Virus record (IMG/VR): IMGVR_UViG_2548876959_000011
Reading direction: 5' to 3' (one strand)
DNA: 51,013 nucleotides
From: a virus
Lineage: Duplodnaviria; Heunggongvirae; Uroviricota; Caudoviricetes
Position 1 is the stretch's first letter, and each line of letters opens with the position of its first letter. The position numbers and the translations under genes were made by a program. Shown here piece after piece: positions 1 to 10,989 of the stretch. The notes below the pieces were generated by a model. That model was not told the DNA's origin, ran no database searches, and saw only the letters and a program-made list of their open reading frames with translations.

Positions 1-721
1 CTTTCGGTGTGGCGGCCAGCACTTCAGACGTGCTGTTAGTGGCACTACTGAGCTGAACTAATCCCTTTTGCGTTGTGCTTGCATCCTGCGCCGTATACTT
101 GCTTTTCGCCAGATCGTAGGCTTTTTTAACTGCCAGCGAACTCGCAGCAACATCACTTCTGGTACTGGTTACAGAGTCTGAAATATCAATGCCGATCGTG
201 CGGTTGATACGCTCGGATGTATCAATCATCTCTTGAGTAATGGTAGATACGCCAGCAGGGATATTCACCGTACAAACCAGCAGTTCCCCATCACCTAACT
301 GATATGAATCGGTATAGGTTCTGGCAACAAATTCAGCTGCATGAATATGTGACGCGGTATTCACCTGATAGGTATCTTCTCCAAGAAGGTATCTTCCCTT
401 CAGCACAATTGCATATTTCTTGCCTGCGTTAAGTGCAAGAGAGATATCCTTACGATGCTGAATAGTTACCTGGTAGAATTCACCAATATCCACTGACGCC
501 GCGCCAGCGGTTTTATCTCCATCCACTGAGGTGATTAACAGGTTCATCCCACCGCCAGGCTTAGGCAAGAAACCAGCATAAAATCCCGGGTCAACAATTC
601 CCCTGAATTTTCGGTTTAGAGCGGCTGACAGATATGGTTCGTGGTATTGCACATCAGCCACCAGAGCCAACGACTCGGGTGATGGGTAAGTAACCGATGT
701 AACAACTGTAACGTCATTCAT
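1..721 (-). CDS. tail fiber protein, N-terminal part (gene continues beyond window start)
   Basis: Reverse-strand ATG at 721 with AAGGA RBS; translation MNDVTVVTSVTYPS... contains the conserved tail-fiber N-terminal motif KGLVQLSSATNSTSEVLAATPK; absent from ORF track because truncated by the window edge. Confidence 0.7.
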   Translation of the reverse strand, partial: MNDVTVVTSVTYPSPESLALVADVQYHEPYLSAALNRKFRGIVDPGFYAGFLPKPGGGMNLLITSVDGDKTAGAASVDIGEFYQVTIQHRKDISLALNAGKKYAIVLKGRYLLGEDTYQVNTASHIHAAEFVARTYTDSYQLGDGELLVCTVNIPAGVSTITQEMIDTSERINRTIGIDISDSVTSTRSDVAASSLAVKKAYDLAKSKYTAQDASTTQKGLVQLSSATNSTSEVLAATPK

Positions 722-732
722 CAAGCATATCC

Positions 733-1167
733 TTATGCTGTAGTCGAGTTTATGGCCATAACTGCGGTATATGTTTTGCCCACATACAGCGAGTCTTCCT
801 GGACACAAATAATGGCGATTGGCTTATTCTCGTTATCCAGAACAACCAGAGTGTTGAATGGGTAGTTTTTCCCTTCCTGCAACTGACTTTGATCAAGGTC
901 CATTCGGACAGTAATTATCCCGCCTGAGTAGGTTGGGACGAGGTTGATGGTGCAAAATTGACTGGTCAGTTCTGCCAGATCGAAAGCCTTAGGCAGTTCT
1001 CCAATCTCATAAGTGCCATCTCCTTTCTTAGTAACCAGTGAACTGGTACCAAAAACGGCCTTGCTGATTAAAAATCGAGAGCCTTTGTTAATGGACGATT
1101 CAGCGCGCCGCTGATAGTAATAGTCCAACAACTGACTCTTATAGAGGTTTGTTGAGACGTCAGACAT
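733..1167 (-). CDS. tail-associated protein (P1 gene R position)
   Basis: 144-aa ORF directly upstream of the tail fiber gene on the same strand; function from synteny only. Confidence 0.5.
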   Translation of the reverse strand: MSDVSTNLYKSQLLDYYYQRRAESSINKGSRFLISKAVFGTSSLVTKKGDGTYEIGELPKAFDLAELTSQFCTINLVPTYSGGIITVRMDLDQSQLQEGKNYPFNTLVVLDNENKPIAIICVQEDSLYVGKTYTAVMAINSTTA

Positions 1168-1245
1168 GATTTTCCCTAATCAATGTTGTGAAGCCTCATT
1201 GTAAGATAAGTAACTTGTCACCCCGCCCTGCGGACGGGGTGATTG

Positions 1246-2085
1246 TCACGCATCGCTATCCAACAGCAAATCATCTGCGCGGGTGCGATCAAACGTAGGC
1301 GTTGCTTTCACAATAGTGCCGCCCGGCGTTGCAGTGATCGGGGCGTTAATCGACGTAACTTCAGTAAGCGAAGTTGTATCCGAAGTTTCAAACCAGCAGA
1401 ATGCTTTTTCGGTATCAGAAATCTCATTCAAAGTAATCATGTCGGCCTGTTCATTTACAACAACCGACAAATAGAGCGTAAGCCCATCAAACACTATATG
1501 CAGTGGCAGTAGAGGCTTTACGAACTGATTAAACTTTCTGAGAATTTCTTCTGTAATTGCGGACTGATCTATCGTTCCAGTAATACCCATTGTCCGGGCC
1601 AGGTCGTTTATGGGAATACTGATCATTCCTCTGGAAGTCAGAAACATCTCGCCGAATGTGCCGCCGGTGGTTTCCAGTGTGCTTTCTGGAATCAGGACCG
1701 TGCCATAGGGATGACGTTCAAAGTCCACCGGAGCATATATGGGATCCCATAAAACCGATATACCGTTAAATTCGCGATAAATTGTCTGGTTTATAGGGCG
1801 TTCAGTACCCTTAAAATGGATCTCATCAAACCGCTGTTGTAACAACATCGGAACGGAAGATGAATTCGACGTCCTGATAGTAAAAAACTGGCCAAGTTCA
1901 TTTGTCCTAGTCTCCAGATCCTCCTTGCTCATGGAGAAAATAGACTTCCGGTTGGTAATTCGCTCCAACCATGGGTCAACAAAGGTGTCCATCATTGACT
2001 GAACCAAATCAGCCAATGATTTATAAAGTAATGACTTTTGCTTAGCTGATGTAAGCCGGTTATTAAACCAGGAACGCTGCATCAC
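1246..2085 (-). CDS. baseplate/tail morphogenesis protein (P1 gene 16 position)
   Basis: 279-aa ORF; 4-nt overlap with the upstream ORF (2082) indicates translational coupling in the tail operon. Confidence 0.5.
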   Translation of the reverse strand: MMQRSWFNNRLTSAKQKSLLYKSLADLVQSMMDTFVDPWLERITNRKSIFSMSKEDLETRTNELGQFFTIRTSNSSSVPMLLQQRFDEIHFKGTERPINQTIYREFNGISVLWDPIYAPVDFERHPYGTVLIPESTLETTGGTFGEMFLTSRGMISIPINDLARTMGITGTIDQSAITEEILRKFNQFVKPLLPLHIVFDGLTLYLSVVVNEQADMITLNEISDTEKAFCWFETSDTTSLTEVTSINAPITATPGGTIVKATPTFDRTRADDLLLDSDA

Positions 2086-3515
2086 TCCTCCTCATACGAA
2101 ATATTAAAGGTGGAGTTTTCTGTATCCAGATAAACGAAATCGTAAAAGCCGTTGGACTCATTCCACTCGACAAATTCCAGATAAAAGTCGCGGAAATAAC
2201 CCAGCGTTTCGATAAATGCCCAAACGTCTTTTTTCTTGATTAGGATGTACTTGCCGACACGGTTCGGATCAAAGAAAGTTGAGTCACGCCCAAATTTTGT
2301 TTCCAGTGCCGACTTCAGCTCATCAGTCACGTTCTCAATGGTCAGGCTTGCCGATATCCGCCCAGTGATGGTGATCTTAAAGGGGAGTTTTCTGACCTCT
2401 TTATACGAGAATTTCTTGTTCAACTCATTCGGCACCTTCTTAAAGGCAGCCAGGATCATTTCTTCAAGCTCTGACTGGCTTTTGTTTGGATGCCATCCTG
2501 AAATAAATATCTTATTGATATTCCGAACATTATAAGCACCATCTAATTTCTCTTGCTGGCCTTCGCCCCATGCCTTTACCCAGGACAGTCCCGGGATGTT
2601 ACGCACCAGAAAATACGTATAGTCCCCGCCCCATACGACCTGATCATCATAGGCAAGGTAATATTGTGCACGATTACGTGTGATCTCCGTTGTTTCGGCA
2701 TCGGTACCTGCGGTTATGGGTGTCGTTGTCTTAACTGAAATCAAATTAGCTAAATTAGCCGCAGAATCGACAGGAGTCAGGTTTTGGCCAGCAACCAGGG
2801 TTATATCTCCGTTGGTGCACCATACCTTAAGTGTAATGGTCGAGCCTTCTGGCGGTATTTGCCCAATTAGCCCATCACCGAATCGAACCCCCAACTGCTC
2901 GGATGGCTTATAAAACTCAACGTAGACCTGGCTTTTACTACCGGCTAACCGGAACATAGTGCTGGAAGACCACTGCGTGGTCTTACCATCGGTCGTCACG
3001 AATACTTCCAGCTTACAGCAGACAGCAGTGAGAGCCTTTGATAACACGACTTCCAGAAATTCTTTGGCTGCCGTAACGGTATATGTCACCTCCTGGATTT
3101 CCAACTGTGCCACTTCTACCGTACCGGTGCCGTCAACCAACCTGCATACATCCATAGTCATGTAAGGGTACTGGTCGTCAGATATTAAAGGCATGTTTTT
3201 GGGGATTACCGCTGGGGCATCTTCACTTGTGGCGGTGATCTCAATCATCCCCGATGACGGTGTTGGCTTGGTACCAACGTAACTATTCGTTTCTGCCGCT
3301 GCCAGGATAGAGGAACGCCGCGTCGCGGTCGATATAAAGCCTTCAGCCAGCGCCGCATCGGCATACTGAAAGCACCTGTAGACAATCTGGGTAATAAACA
3401 ATGTCAGCATCGAGACAAATTGAGAGCCGACAAACTTCGACCAGAATGAATCTTTCTCGACAAGCTCTTCAAACTCTGCACGAATACTGTCTTTAGTCGG
3501 TGTTGTTTTACTCAT
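2082..3515 (-). CDS. baseplate protein (P1 bplA position)
   Basis: 477-aa ORF, stop/start overlaps with both neighbours; synteny with P1 baseplate gene. Confidence 0.5.
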   Translation of the reverse strand: MSKTTPTKDSIRAEFEELVEKDSFWSKFVGSQFVSMLTLFITQIVYRCFQYADAALAEGFISTATRRSSILAAAETNSYVGTKPTPSSGMIEITATSEDAPAVIPKNMPLISDDQYPYMTMDVCRLVDGTGTVEVAQLEIQEVTYTVTAAKEFLEVVLSKALTAVCCKLEVFVTTDGKTTQWSSSTMFRLAGSKSQVYVEFYKPSEQLGVRFGDGLIGQIPPEGSTITLKVWCTNGDITLVAGQNLTPVDSAANLANLISVKTTTPITAGTDAETTEITRNRAQYYLAYDDQVVWGGDYTYFLVRNIPGLSWVKAWGEGQQEKLDGAYNVRNINKIFISGWHPNKSQSELEEMILAAFKKVPNELNKKFSYKEVRKLPFKITITGRISASLTIENVTDELKSALETKFGRDSTFFDPNRVGKYILIKKKDVWAFIETLGYFRDFYLEFVEWNESNGFYDFVYLDTENSTFNISYEEE

Positions 3516-3871
3516 AGCACCACGTCCTGTGTGATAGTTATATCCCTGATACGAATGGATATTTTCAACTTATCAAAAGCATCTCCCTCGGCTACTGACA
3601 AGCCAGAAATCGGTATGTCAGGTAAATCTACCGTCAGTTTTTGCAACAGCATTGCCTCAACCGCAATTTGAACATGCGACAAGTTGGTCGGTTCGTGTTT
3701 AAACTGCGGTAAAACATTGCCCCATGACGGATCTCCGTATACCTCACCCTGATAAGTGTTTAGCCACTCATATAAACGAGCGCCCCAGGCCTCCTCCTGG
3801 GACTCATACGTTTTTACGCCGGATAACTCCAGCGTCAGTAAAGGATCAATTTCATTATTGTTGGCCATCAA
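3512..3871 (-). CDS. small tail/baseplate protein
   Basis: 119-aa ORF overlapping the sit stop (3868) and the bplA-like start. Confidence 0.5.
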   Translation of the reverse strand: MMANNNEIDPLLTLELSGVKTYESQEEAWGARLYEWLNTYQGEVYGDPSWGNVLPQFKHEPTNLSHVQIAVEAMLLQKLTVDLPDIPISGLSVAEGDAFDKLKISIRIRDITITQDVVL

Positions 3872-6800
3872 TCAACTCTCGCGTAGTCATTCATCAACGG
3901 ATCATCAATTGACAGTGGCACCGTGCGCATAACGCCCGGTTGAGGCGTGCTGACCTTTACGACAGTTCCCTGGCCTTTCGCCGAGTCTTTAGTGTGCTCT
4001 TCAATCCTGGCAAGCAATGAGGTCATCTGCGCAAACAGCCGCTTCGTTTCACCATCAAGTGAAACGGTATTATCAGCCAACTGCATTGTCGGCTTGGCAC
4101 CGGAGCCGCCAAGGTCACTAATAACCTGTCCGTCTATCTGCATACGACCGGTTGGTTGCTGCAAATCGTTGGCGGCAGTCGTCACCTGGGACGTGGAGGC
4201 TGGTTCAGGCGCATTATTTTTCCGCATCCCCGGCGAGTTGCGGAGTTTATCAAATAGCCCATCAATCCCCATTTGTGCGCCGAGTTGGTCAAAGTAACTT
4301 GAGTTGCTGGCCACCGGACGCGCCTCTTCAACTGGCATCGGAGTATCAACATACACATTGCCAGCTGCTGTTGCGGTCCCCTTCCCTCGTGCACGTTCTT
4401 CGAGCGTTCCCTGAACGACTTCCCGACGCATACCCCGGCCATTCATGAATTTGTTGACCAGATCGTTAACGCCAACAGCATTGCCAATTTTGTCTACCAG
4501 ACCGCCTTTCTCAAACGGGCTATCACCAGGGGTAAACGCCAGGCCAGTAGACTGATCGATAACAGCGTTATCAGGCAGTGGTCCCCTCACTCCATATTGC
4601 GCCCCACCCTGTGCTCCTGCTCCAGGTGTATAGATTTCACCACCTAAATAGCGAGCACGATGAGTATTGACCTTGATCGCGTACTCACGGTTTTCTTTCG
4701 ATAAGTCACCTGTGCCTTTTTTCCACTTATTGATAGTGCCAAACCCAGCATTATATGCAGTGATGGCCTCGTTTAAGTCTCCATTGGCTTGCTTCAGATA
4801 TTTGCTCATGAGAAGAGCCGCAGCTTCTGCCGATTTCACAGGATCAAACGATTCACCTTCAGCTAAGCCAGTCTCTTCACGAGCAATCCCCGTGAACTGA
4901 AACATCCCCAGAGCACCGGTTTGGGATTTTGCATACGGATTACCACCAGATTCAGTTGCAGCAATCGCGTAAAGAGTGCCTTCTGGAAGACCGTATTTAT
5001 TCTCTAGTTCGGCAAAATACGGAGCCAACTTATCGAGATTTGCCTTACCTTCAGCGCCAAGACTTCCGACTTTTACATCCAAGTTGCCATTGTTGTAGGT
5101 ATCCGCAGCTTTCTGAATGTCATTCCTGGTGCCAGTGGTATTAAGCGACGATGATGACGAGCTATTTTGACCAATAGCTTTATCAATTTTCTGCAACGCG
5201 CTATTGCCCGTTTCTACGGCATTTGCATTGATAATCTGATTAGCAGTTTCTTTAACTGTTTTATTGCTATCTTTCGCCGTGTCCAGTGCCGCATTTATCA
5301 CGCGGGTAACAATATTAGTCTGTTTGGCATCGGATTCAGTTTTAGAATCAGATGTCTCCTGGTGGCTATTAACCGGAGCTTTTAACTCTGGAGTGATTTC
5401 TTTCGCATTAGCCTCGCCGATCGGATTGGGTATTTTTGATACAATCATTGCCGCAGGGGTATTTTTAACGGCATCAACCGCTGCATCTAATGCTTTACCT
5501 GGTAAATTTTTAACCCCATCCCAAATATTACCAGCCGCCTCTTTAATGTGTTTCCCTGGGTTCTTAATGAAATCAATTGCACTATCAATTGCATCACTGA
5601 AAACCTGTTTCAGGTTATCGACAGTAAAGAAGTCTTTGATGGCATCCAGCTTTTCAAGCAGCTTATTAGATGTATCGCTAAACCATGCTGAAACAGCATC
5701 ACCAATCTTTGCTGTGTAATCATCGAACTTGGTAGAAATGGTGTCGCCAAGGTTAGAAATATATGTTTCTAAGTTGGTAATCCCACTATCAATGGCATGG
5801 GCAATACTTTCCGTCGAAAATGATTGCAACATATTGCCGATATCCTCAAATCCAAGTGATTTGAGAACCTCACCAATGGCGCTGCTAATACCAGATACCA
5901 GTCCCCCCATATCAAGAATATTAGCTAACGTATAAGCGGCTTTTTGCTGGAATGATGGATCTTGTCCTGATTTAAGCCCAAACGCTCGACGTTGCGCTTC
6001 TGTATCATTCCAACCGGTTACCGCATCATAAATACCTCCAACCACTGTGCCGACTAGGGGAATTGCGCGTAACGCCCCTTTACCAACTGCCTTTAATCCA
6101 AGTTTACCTGCTGCCCGGGCAGCCAAATCTCCGCCTTCATGGGCGAGAGTCTTCTTACCACCACCGCGTAGCATTCCTACAAGTTTCTTTGCCCCCAGAG
6201 CGCCAAAAGCGAGTGCTCCAGCTTTTTTCAGCATGCCACGCCCCATTAACAACGACGCGACGCCACCGGCCCCCTTCCCTAACAGGCTAAATAGTTTGGA
6301 CAGCAAGCCGCCCTTCTTTTTCCCGGTGTTTTTGGCTATCTGATCAAGGGCGCTGAGAATCTTGTCATTGCCCTCTTTAATTTCGCTGGTCTGCTCCTGA
6401 AGTTCCTGAACCGTCCGTTTTTGGGTGTTAACCTGAACGACATCGGCACTATTTTGCGATTTACGCCTAAAAAAACCTTTTCTACGGCTGTTATCGTCAT
6501 TGCCACGAATCACATCGGCAATAGACTTTCTGGCACCATTAAGCGATCCGCCAACTTCTTTTGATATCCCGCCAAGCTCCTTCCCTGCTGCCCACAATGG
6601 ACCTGCAACGGCATAACCTAACGCATCGACAGCACGAGTCTCTGAAGGGTTACCTATGCCTTCAGCTACTTTTGACAGTTTTTTTAATAAACCTGATTCA
6701 GCATTTAGACGCTCATCATCCTCTTTTCGCCTGGCCTTTTCTGCTCGTTCAGCACGGGCATCTTCCGCTGCGGCCTTACTCCCTGACTTTCCAATAAAAC

Positions 6801-7260
6801 GACCACGCGCATCGCGTTGGTTTTGGCTTTTTTGCGCACCGCCTTTTTGACCGAACATTTCGCGAGCGTGTTCGGCTGCTTCGGTCCGTTGTGCCTTTAC
6901 ATCCTCTGGTATAGCCTTCCTGCGTCGTTTTTTACCCTTTGGTGTGGTTGATTTGGCCCGCTGTTCCTGTTGAGCAACATCTTCCTGAACTACACGAGAA
7001 ACGTCCCCTAAATTAAGCCGTTTCATTGCCTCAACAATAGGGTCCACTGATGGCGCATTGGCCACAAAGTCTGGCCGGGAATTTTCGATTGTGCGATTTA
7101 ATGCCGACACACTGCGAGAGACAGGATCAACAGTTGCAACGCGTCCCCCTTTCAAATCTTCAACAGCTTCCCGGATACCTGCAAGCTCTTCCAGCTCTTT
7201 TGCACTGGCGGTTTCAACTGTCCTTATAACATCGTCAATGTTGGCGTTTTTTCTTTCCAT
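3868..7260 (-). CDS. sit: Sit-like tape-measure/injection protein with lytic transglycosylase domain
   Basis: 1130-aa ORF; SLT-type motif LYAIAATESGGNPYAKSQTGALGMFQF; long Ala/Gly/Lys-rich low-complexity regions typical of tape measure proteins. Confidence 0.85.
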   Translation of the reverse strand: MERKNANIDDVIRTVETASAKELEELAGIREAVEDLKGGRVATVDPVSRSVSALNRTIENSRPDFVANAPSVDPIVEAMKRLNLGDVSRVVQEDVAQQEQRAKSTTPKGKKRRRKAIPEDVKAQRTEAAEHAREMFGQKGGAQKSQNQRDARGRFIGKSGSKAAAEDARAERAEKARRKEDDERLNAESGLLKKLSKVAEGIGNPSETRAVDALGYAVAGPLWAAGKELGGISKEVGGSLNGARKSIADVIRGNDDNSRRKGFFRRKSQNSADVVQVNTQKRTVQELQEQTSEIKEGNDKILSALDQIAKNTGKKKGGLLSKLFSLLGKGAGGVASLLMGRGMLKKAGALAFGALGAKKLVGMLRGGGKKTLAHEGGDLAARAAGKLGLKAVGKGALRAIPLVGTVVGGIYDAVTGWNDTEAQRRAFGLKSGQDPSFQQKAAYTLANILDMGGLVSGISSAIGEVLKSLGFEDIGNMLQSFSTESIAHAIDSGITNLETYISNLGDTISTKFDDYTAKIGDAVSAWFSDTSNKLLEKLDAIKDFFTVDNLKQVFSDAIDSAIDFIKNPGKHIKEAAGNIWDGVKNLPGKALDAAVDAVKNTPAAMIVSKIPNPIGEANAKEITPELKAPVNSHQETSDSKTESDAKQTNIVTRVINAALDTAKDSNKTVKETANQIINANAVETGNSALQKIDKAIGQNSSSSSSLNTTGTRNDIQKAADTYNNGNLDVKVGSLGAEGKANLDKLAPYFAELENKYGLPEGTLYAIAATESGGNPYAKSQTGALGMFQFTGIAREETGLAEGESFDPVKSAEAAALLMSKYLKQANGDLNEAITAYNAGFGTINKWKKGTGDLSKENREYAIKVNTHRARYLGGEIYTPGAGAQGGAQYGVRGPLPDNAVIDQSTGLAFTPGDSPFEKGGLVDKIGNAVGVNDLVNKFMNGRGMRREVVQGTLEERARGKGTATAAGNVYVDTPMPVEEARPVASNSSYFDQLGAQMGIDGLFDKLRNSPGMRKNNAPEPASTSQVTTAANDLQQPTGRMQIDGQVISDLGGSGAKPTMQLADNTVSLDGETKRLFAQMTSLLARIEEHTKDSAKGQGTVVKVSTPQPGVMRTVPLSIDDPLMNDYARVD

Positions 7261-7341
7261 GATCTTATCGCCTACCGTTTCGGTTTAAGTTTTTCTTCCA
7301 GTTTCTCCAACAGGAAAAACGCATAGGATTCAGTAAGCCTT

Positions 7342-8223
7342 TCAGCGTCCTGAATCGGTATACCCCCATACAAAACCAGGTTGGACACTAAGGTCTGATA
7401 GCTTTTCAATCCCCACCTGTGGAATGAAGTCGGTAGCCCGAAAGGGCACCCACAGACGGGTATACGCACCCTCTGTGGACTCCTTTTTATCCTGATTTGG
7501 GCATTTATGCGGCGGGAGACGAAGACGCATTTCACCTTTATCGATGTAGCACGGTAAACCATGTTCGAGCTTTTCATGAGCCAGTCGGATGTGTGCCGCC
7601 AGCTTCATAAATTCAGTATCAATGGCCATCCGTTTAATCGTTTCATAACGACGCTCAGCCTGATCTTCACGAGTACCGCTAACATCGTTATAAAGCTCAC
7701 ACTGATAAGCGAATTCCCAAAAACGCAAATCAACGATCGCTTCTTTGAATTCCGCGTCGTCTTCAGGTGGCAATGCTGCACGGCGCATCTCCAGCATTTC
7801 CATTGCCCAACCATCAAGCGGCACGATACGCCATTGATAAGGTACTCCCTCTACAGACACCTCAATATCGTCAATGAAAGGTTCCACTTCCAGGACCTGG
7901 ATATCTTCAGCCAGAGCATTCATATCGCAATCGTAATAATGCTCTTTACCGCAATGTTTACAGGTGTAAGTGAATGTCTCGACCGGTGTTTCACGGGAGC
8001 CGGTAAATATCCACCATAACGCGGTAATCCGGTCCTGCGCCGTCCATGTCAGGGGATCATGTTTCGCGGGTTCAGCCAGCAAGGCTTTTAAATACGCCGT
8101 TGTCTGTTGTTCTTGTTCCTCCGGTGTTATCGAGTTGAAACGCATCGCATCAGCAATATTTGGCTGACGGAACTGGATCAATTCAGTTGGCCGCGATGGT
8201 AGCGGGAAAAGGGGTAAAAGCAT
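7342..8223 (-). CDS. tail morphogenesis protein (P1 pmgB position)
   Basis: 293-aa ORF in the leftward tail operon; synteny only. Confidence 0.45.
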   Translation of the reverse strand: MLLPLFPLPSRPTELIQFRQPNIADAMRFNSITPEEQEQQTTAYLKALLAEPAKHDPLTWTAQDRITALWWIFTGSRETPVETFTYTCKHCGKEHYYDCDMNALAEDIQVLEVEPFIDDIEVSVEGVPYQWRIVPLDGWAMEMLEMRRAALPPEDDAEFKEAIVDLRFWEFAYQCELYNDVSGTREDQAERRYETIKRMAIDTEFMKLAAHIRLAHEKLEHGLPCYIDKGEMRLRLPPHKCPNQDKKESTEGAYTRLWVPFRATDFIPQVGIEKLSDLSVQPGFVWGYTDSGR

Positions 8224-8237
8224 CCTTGCTCCTTAAT

Positions 8238-8849
8238 TCAAAGAGAAAAACTAAAGCCCAGAAGGGAAGCCAAAGAACTTGAGGATTGGTTAAACGTGCT
8301 GTGCAATGCGAAGGTCATTGGGAATGACTTAAATTCCGTAACCTGATCCCGCGCATAGGTGACATCGCCGGTAGTGACCGGGAATACAGTCATCTCATTT
8401 TCCAGTTTGGTTAAGCCGGAAGACAGCAACCGATAAATACGCACATTGAGCAAATATTTAGACGGTATATTCCCGGTACCGTCTGGATTAATCACCCGAC
8501 TTTTTGCCGTCTTAAACCAGTCCAAAACGAGGCCATCAACGGTATCCCTGACCATCATTGTTATCTGCCCTGGCGAACGCTCCGTTGGTTGAAGGATATT
8601 CCCTCCGCCGATTTTAATCGTTTCATATTCGATGCTGTAATCGTGGTAGGTAATATCTTTGGCAAAGAAGTCTGCTCCCTCCAGTCCATCAACTTCGACA
8701 GAGAACTGCCATCCTTGCGCGAACAGCATTTTGTTCATGATGATTGACGTCAGCTTACCAACTTCCCGCTCACCAACGCCGGAGCCAAATAATGTCGTCG
8801 TTAATGCCGAAGATACATAAGACTTTACTGAAGCAACATTAAGCCCCAT
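8238..8849 (-). CDS. putative tail tube protein (P1 tub position)
   Basis: 203-aa ORF between pmgB-like and pmgC-like ORFs; synteny only. Confidence 0.45.
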   Translation of the reverse strand: MGLNVASVKSYVSSALTTTLFGSGVGEREVGKLTSIIMNKMLFAQGWQFSVEVDGLEGADFFAKDITYHDYSIEYETIKIGGGNILQPTERSPGQITMMVRDTVDGLVLDWFKTAKSRVINPDGTGNIPSKYLLNVRIYRLLSSGLTKLENEMTVFPVTTGDVTYARDQVTEFKSFPMTFALHSTFNQSSSSLASLLGFSFSL

Positions 8850-8859
8850 ATCAGCCCCC

Positions 8860-9450
<591 letters not shown>

Positions 9451-9579
9451 TTAACCGATTCTACGAGTAGTCATTTGTTCATTGAGTAGGAATATTGTTG
9501 TCTGGGGGGTAATCAGTGTAGGTGGAATGAGGGATATGATATGGTTATCACATAATCAGGTTGTTTTGAGTAAAACAAT

Positions 9580-9608
9580 AAAACGCCCTTTAATGGGCGT
9601 TTTTTTAA
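9580..9608. terminator. bidirectional rho-independent terminator
   Basis: Stem aacgccc/gggcgtt with 6-nt loop, A-run upstream and T-run downstream. Confidence 0.6.
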
Positions 9609-9635
9609 AACTTAAATTGACTATCCTTTCAAATA

Positions 9636-10448
9636 CTATTTTAATTCTATGTAATTTTTAAATTCTCCCTCATATTTATACATGATGCTATCAAATCCTT
9701 CCATTACATCAACGAATTGTTGTGAACATTCCGGCTTCCAAGGCGTACACTTACGAACCATATCCATTTTTTTCTTATCCTTCGTTGTATCGACTAAGGA
9801 TAGGTACCCTATAAAATTCATCATCTGAACAGGATCTTGATTTGTGAATATATATTTGACGTTTTGCTTAGTAGGCGAAAAAGAATCAAAAGCAGGGAAC
9901 ATATATTCACCAGAAAAAGAGAGTGCAGCATCAATGACGTCTGTTGCAGGAGTGCAGTTGCTCAGAATTGGCACTAAGCTAAAATTAGCACCTGAGCACA
10001 CTGCATATATATCATCCCCTTTTTTTAGTTTTAACAGAGAGTCTTGCTTTGAATCCAATATTTTCAATTTGATATAATTTAGTGGCGTTGCATTTTCCCC
10101 TGGAGTAAATAACTCTACAATTGGTTTATTATTCACCATTTTTATGGATTTTATTTCACCATACACAATTGGAATTGTGTTCCATTTTTCCTGAGCAGCA
10201 AATTCATTATCTTTAAAATCATTAACCAACTCAGATGGCAAATGATAACCAAATTGATTGTTCATTGCTTTCGAAGCAAATCCAGACAAATAGAATGCCC
10301 TTACTAAATCATAATCTTTCTTTGAGGTAGAAAGCCAATCTGGCAATTTATTATCAGCTATCGCGCTTCCAGCAAAAATAGCACAACAAAATGTTATTAC
10401 ATTAAATAATTTCATTTTCCATTCACTCATTAATCGGTTTAAACTCAC
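9636..10448 (-). CDS. secreted protein, SimC-like (superinfection exclusion) by position and size
   Basis: 270-aa ORF; signal-peptide-like segment MKLFNVITFCCAIFAGSAIA (likely true start at Met12, about 10415); AT-rich coding sequence. Confidence 0.5.
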   Translation of the reverse strand: MSLNRLMSEWKMKLFNVITFCCAIFAGSAIADNKLPDWLSTSKKDYDLVRAFYLSGFASKAMNNQFGYHLPSELVNDFKDNEFAAQEKWNTIPIVYGEIKSIKMVNNKPIVELFTPGENATPLNYIKLKILDSKQDSLLKLKKGDDIYAVCSGANFSLVPILSNCTPATDVIDAALSFSGEYMFPAFDSFSPTKQNVKYIFTNQDPVQMMNFIGYLSLVDTTKDKKKMDMVRKCTPWKPECSQQFVDVMEGFDSIMYKYEGEFKNYIELK

Positions 10449-10758
10449 TAATTAATTCACCAAGACTATTTGGGTATGCTTTATAAATAACATACTCCGA
10501 AGAGCCATCTGAATATTGGTAAGCCCCATAACAGATCAGTTTATTTATTCCTTTCTGAATAGTTTTTTGATTATAAGAATCAACCACTGTTATTCCATAT
10601 GACGATAATATTTCGTTATATTCTTCAATAAGAGCTTTTCTTGTTTCCACTGAATTACAATCTACCTTCGAAAAGTCAACTTCATCAGCAAAAACATTAA
10701 ATGTTAAAAAGGAAAGCACTAAAAACAAACGAATCAGCATAAATCCACTCCTACGCAT
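10423..10758 (-). CDS. small secreted protein (sim-like locus)
   Basis: 111-aa ORF with N-terminal signal peptide MLIRLFLVLSFLTFNVFA; AT-rich. Confidence 0.5.
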   Translation of the reverse strand: MRRSGFMLIRLFLVLSFLTFNVFADEVDFSKVDCNSVETRKALIEEYNEILSSYGITVVDSYNQKTIQKGINKLICYGAYQYSDGSSEYVIYKAYPNSLGELISEFKPINE

Positions 10759-10761
10759 GGA

Positions 10762-10893
10762 TTAATAGTCATTGATCGCAAAGGCGTAAACTTGCCAAAG
10801 GTATTTCGTATAATCGGTACAAATCTCCTTTACGCTTGATGCTGCATTAACAGTCCCAGCCATAAATAATAACGATAGTAATAGTTTTCTCAT
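10762..10893 (-). CDS. small secreted peptide (43 aa)
   Basis: Hand-translated: MRKLLLSLLFMAGTVNAASSVKEICTDYTKYLWQVYAFAINDY; RBS-like AGGTGAGG upstream; below ORF-track size cutoff. Confidence 0.35.
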   Translation of the reverse strand: MRKLLLSLLFMAGTVNAASSVKEICTDYTKYLWQVYAFAINDY

Positions 10894-10989
10894 TATAACC
10901 TCACCTGCCTTATAACCCATTTAGGGTACATATTTTCGCCTTTAAAAAAAAGAGGTTATTAGATCCAATTGTGTATTTATTAAGTAGAT

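Noticed and set aside
3947-7288. Numerous plus-strand ORFs inside sit (for example 5264..5719, 6047..6343)
   Set aside because: Antisense shadow ORFs within a long low-complexity coding region on the opposite strand.
7272-7577. ORF 7272..7577 (-) between sit and the pmgB-like gene
   Set aside because: Mostly overlaps the 3-prime end of the 293-aa ORF in another frame; the real intergenic gap is only 81 nt.
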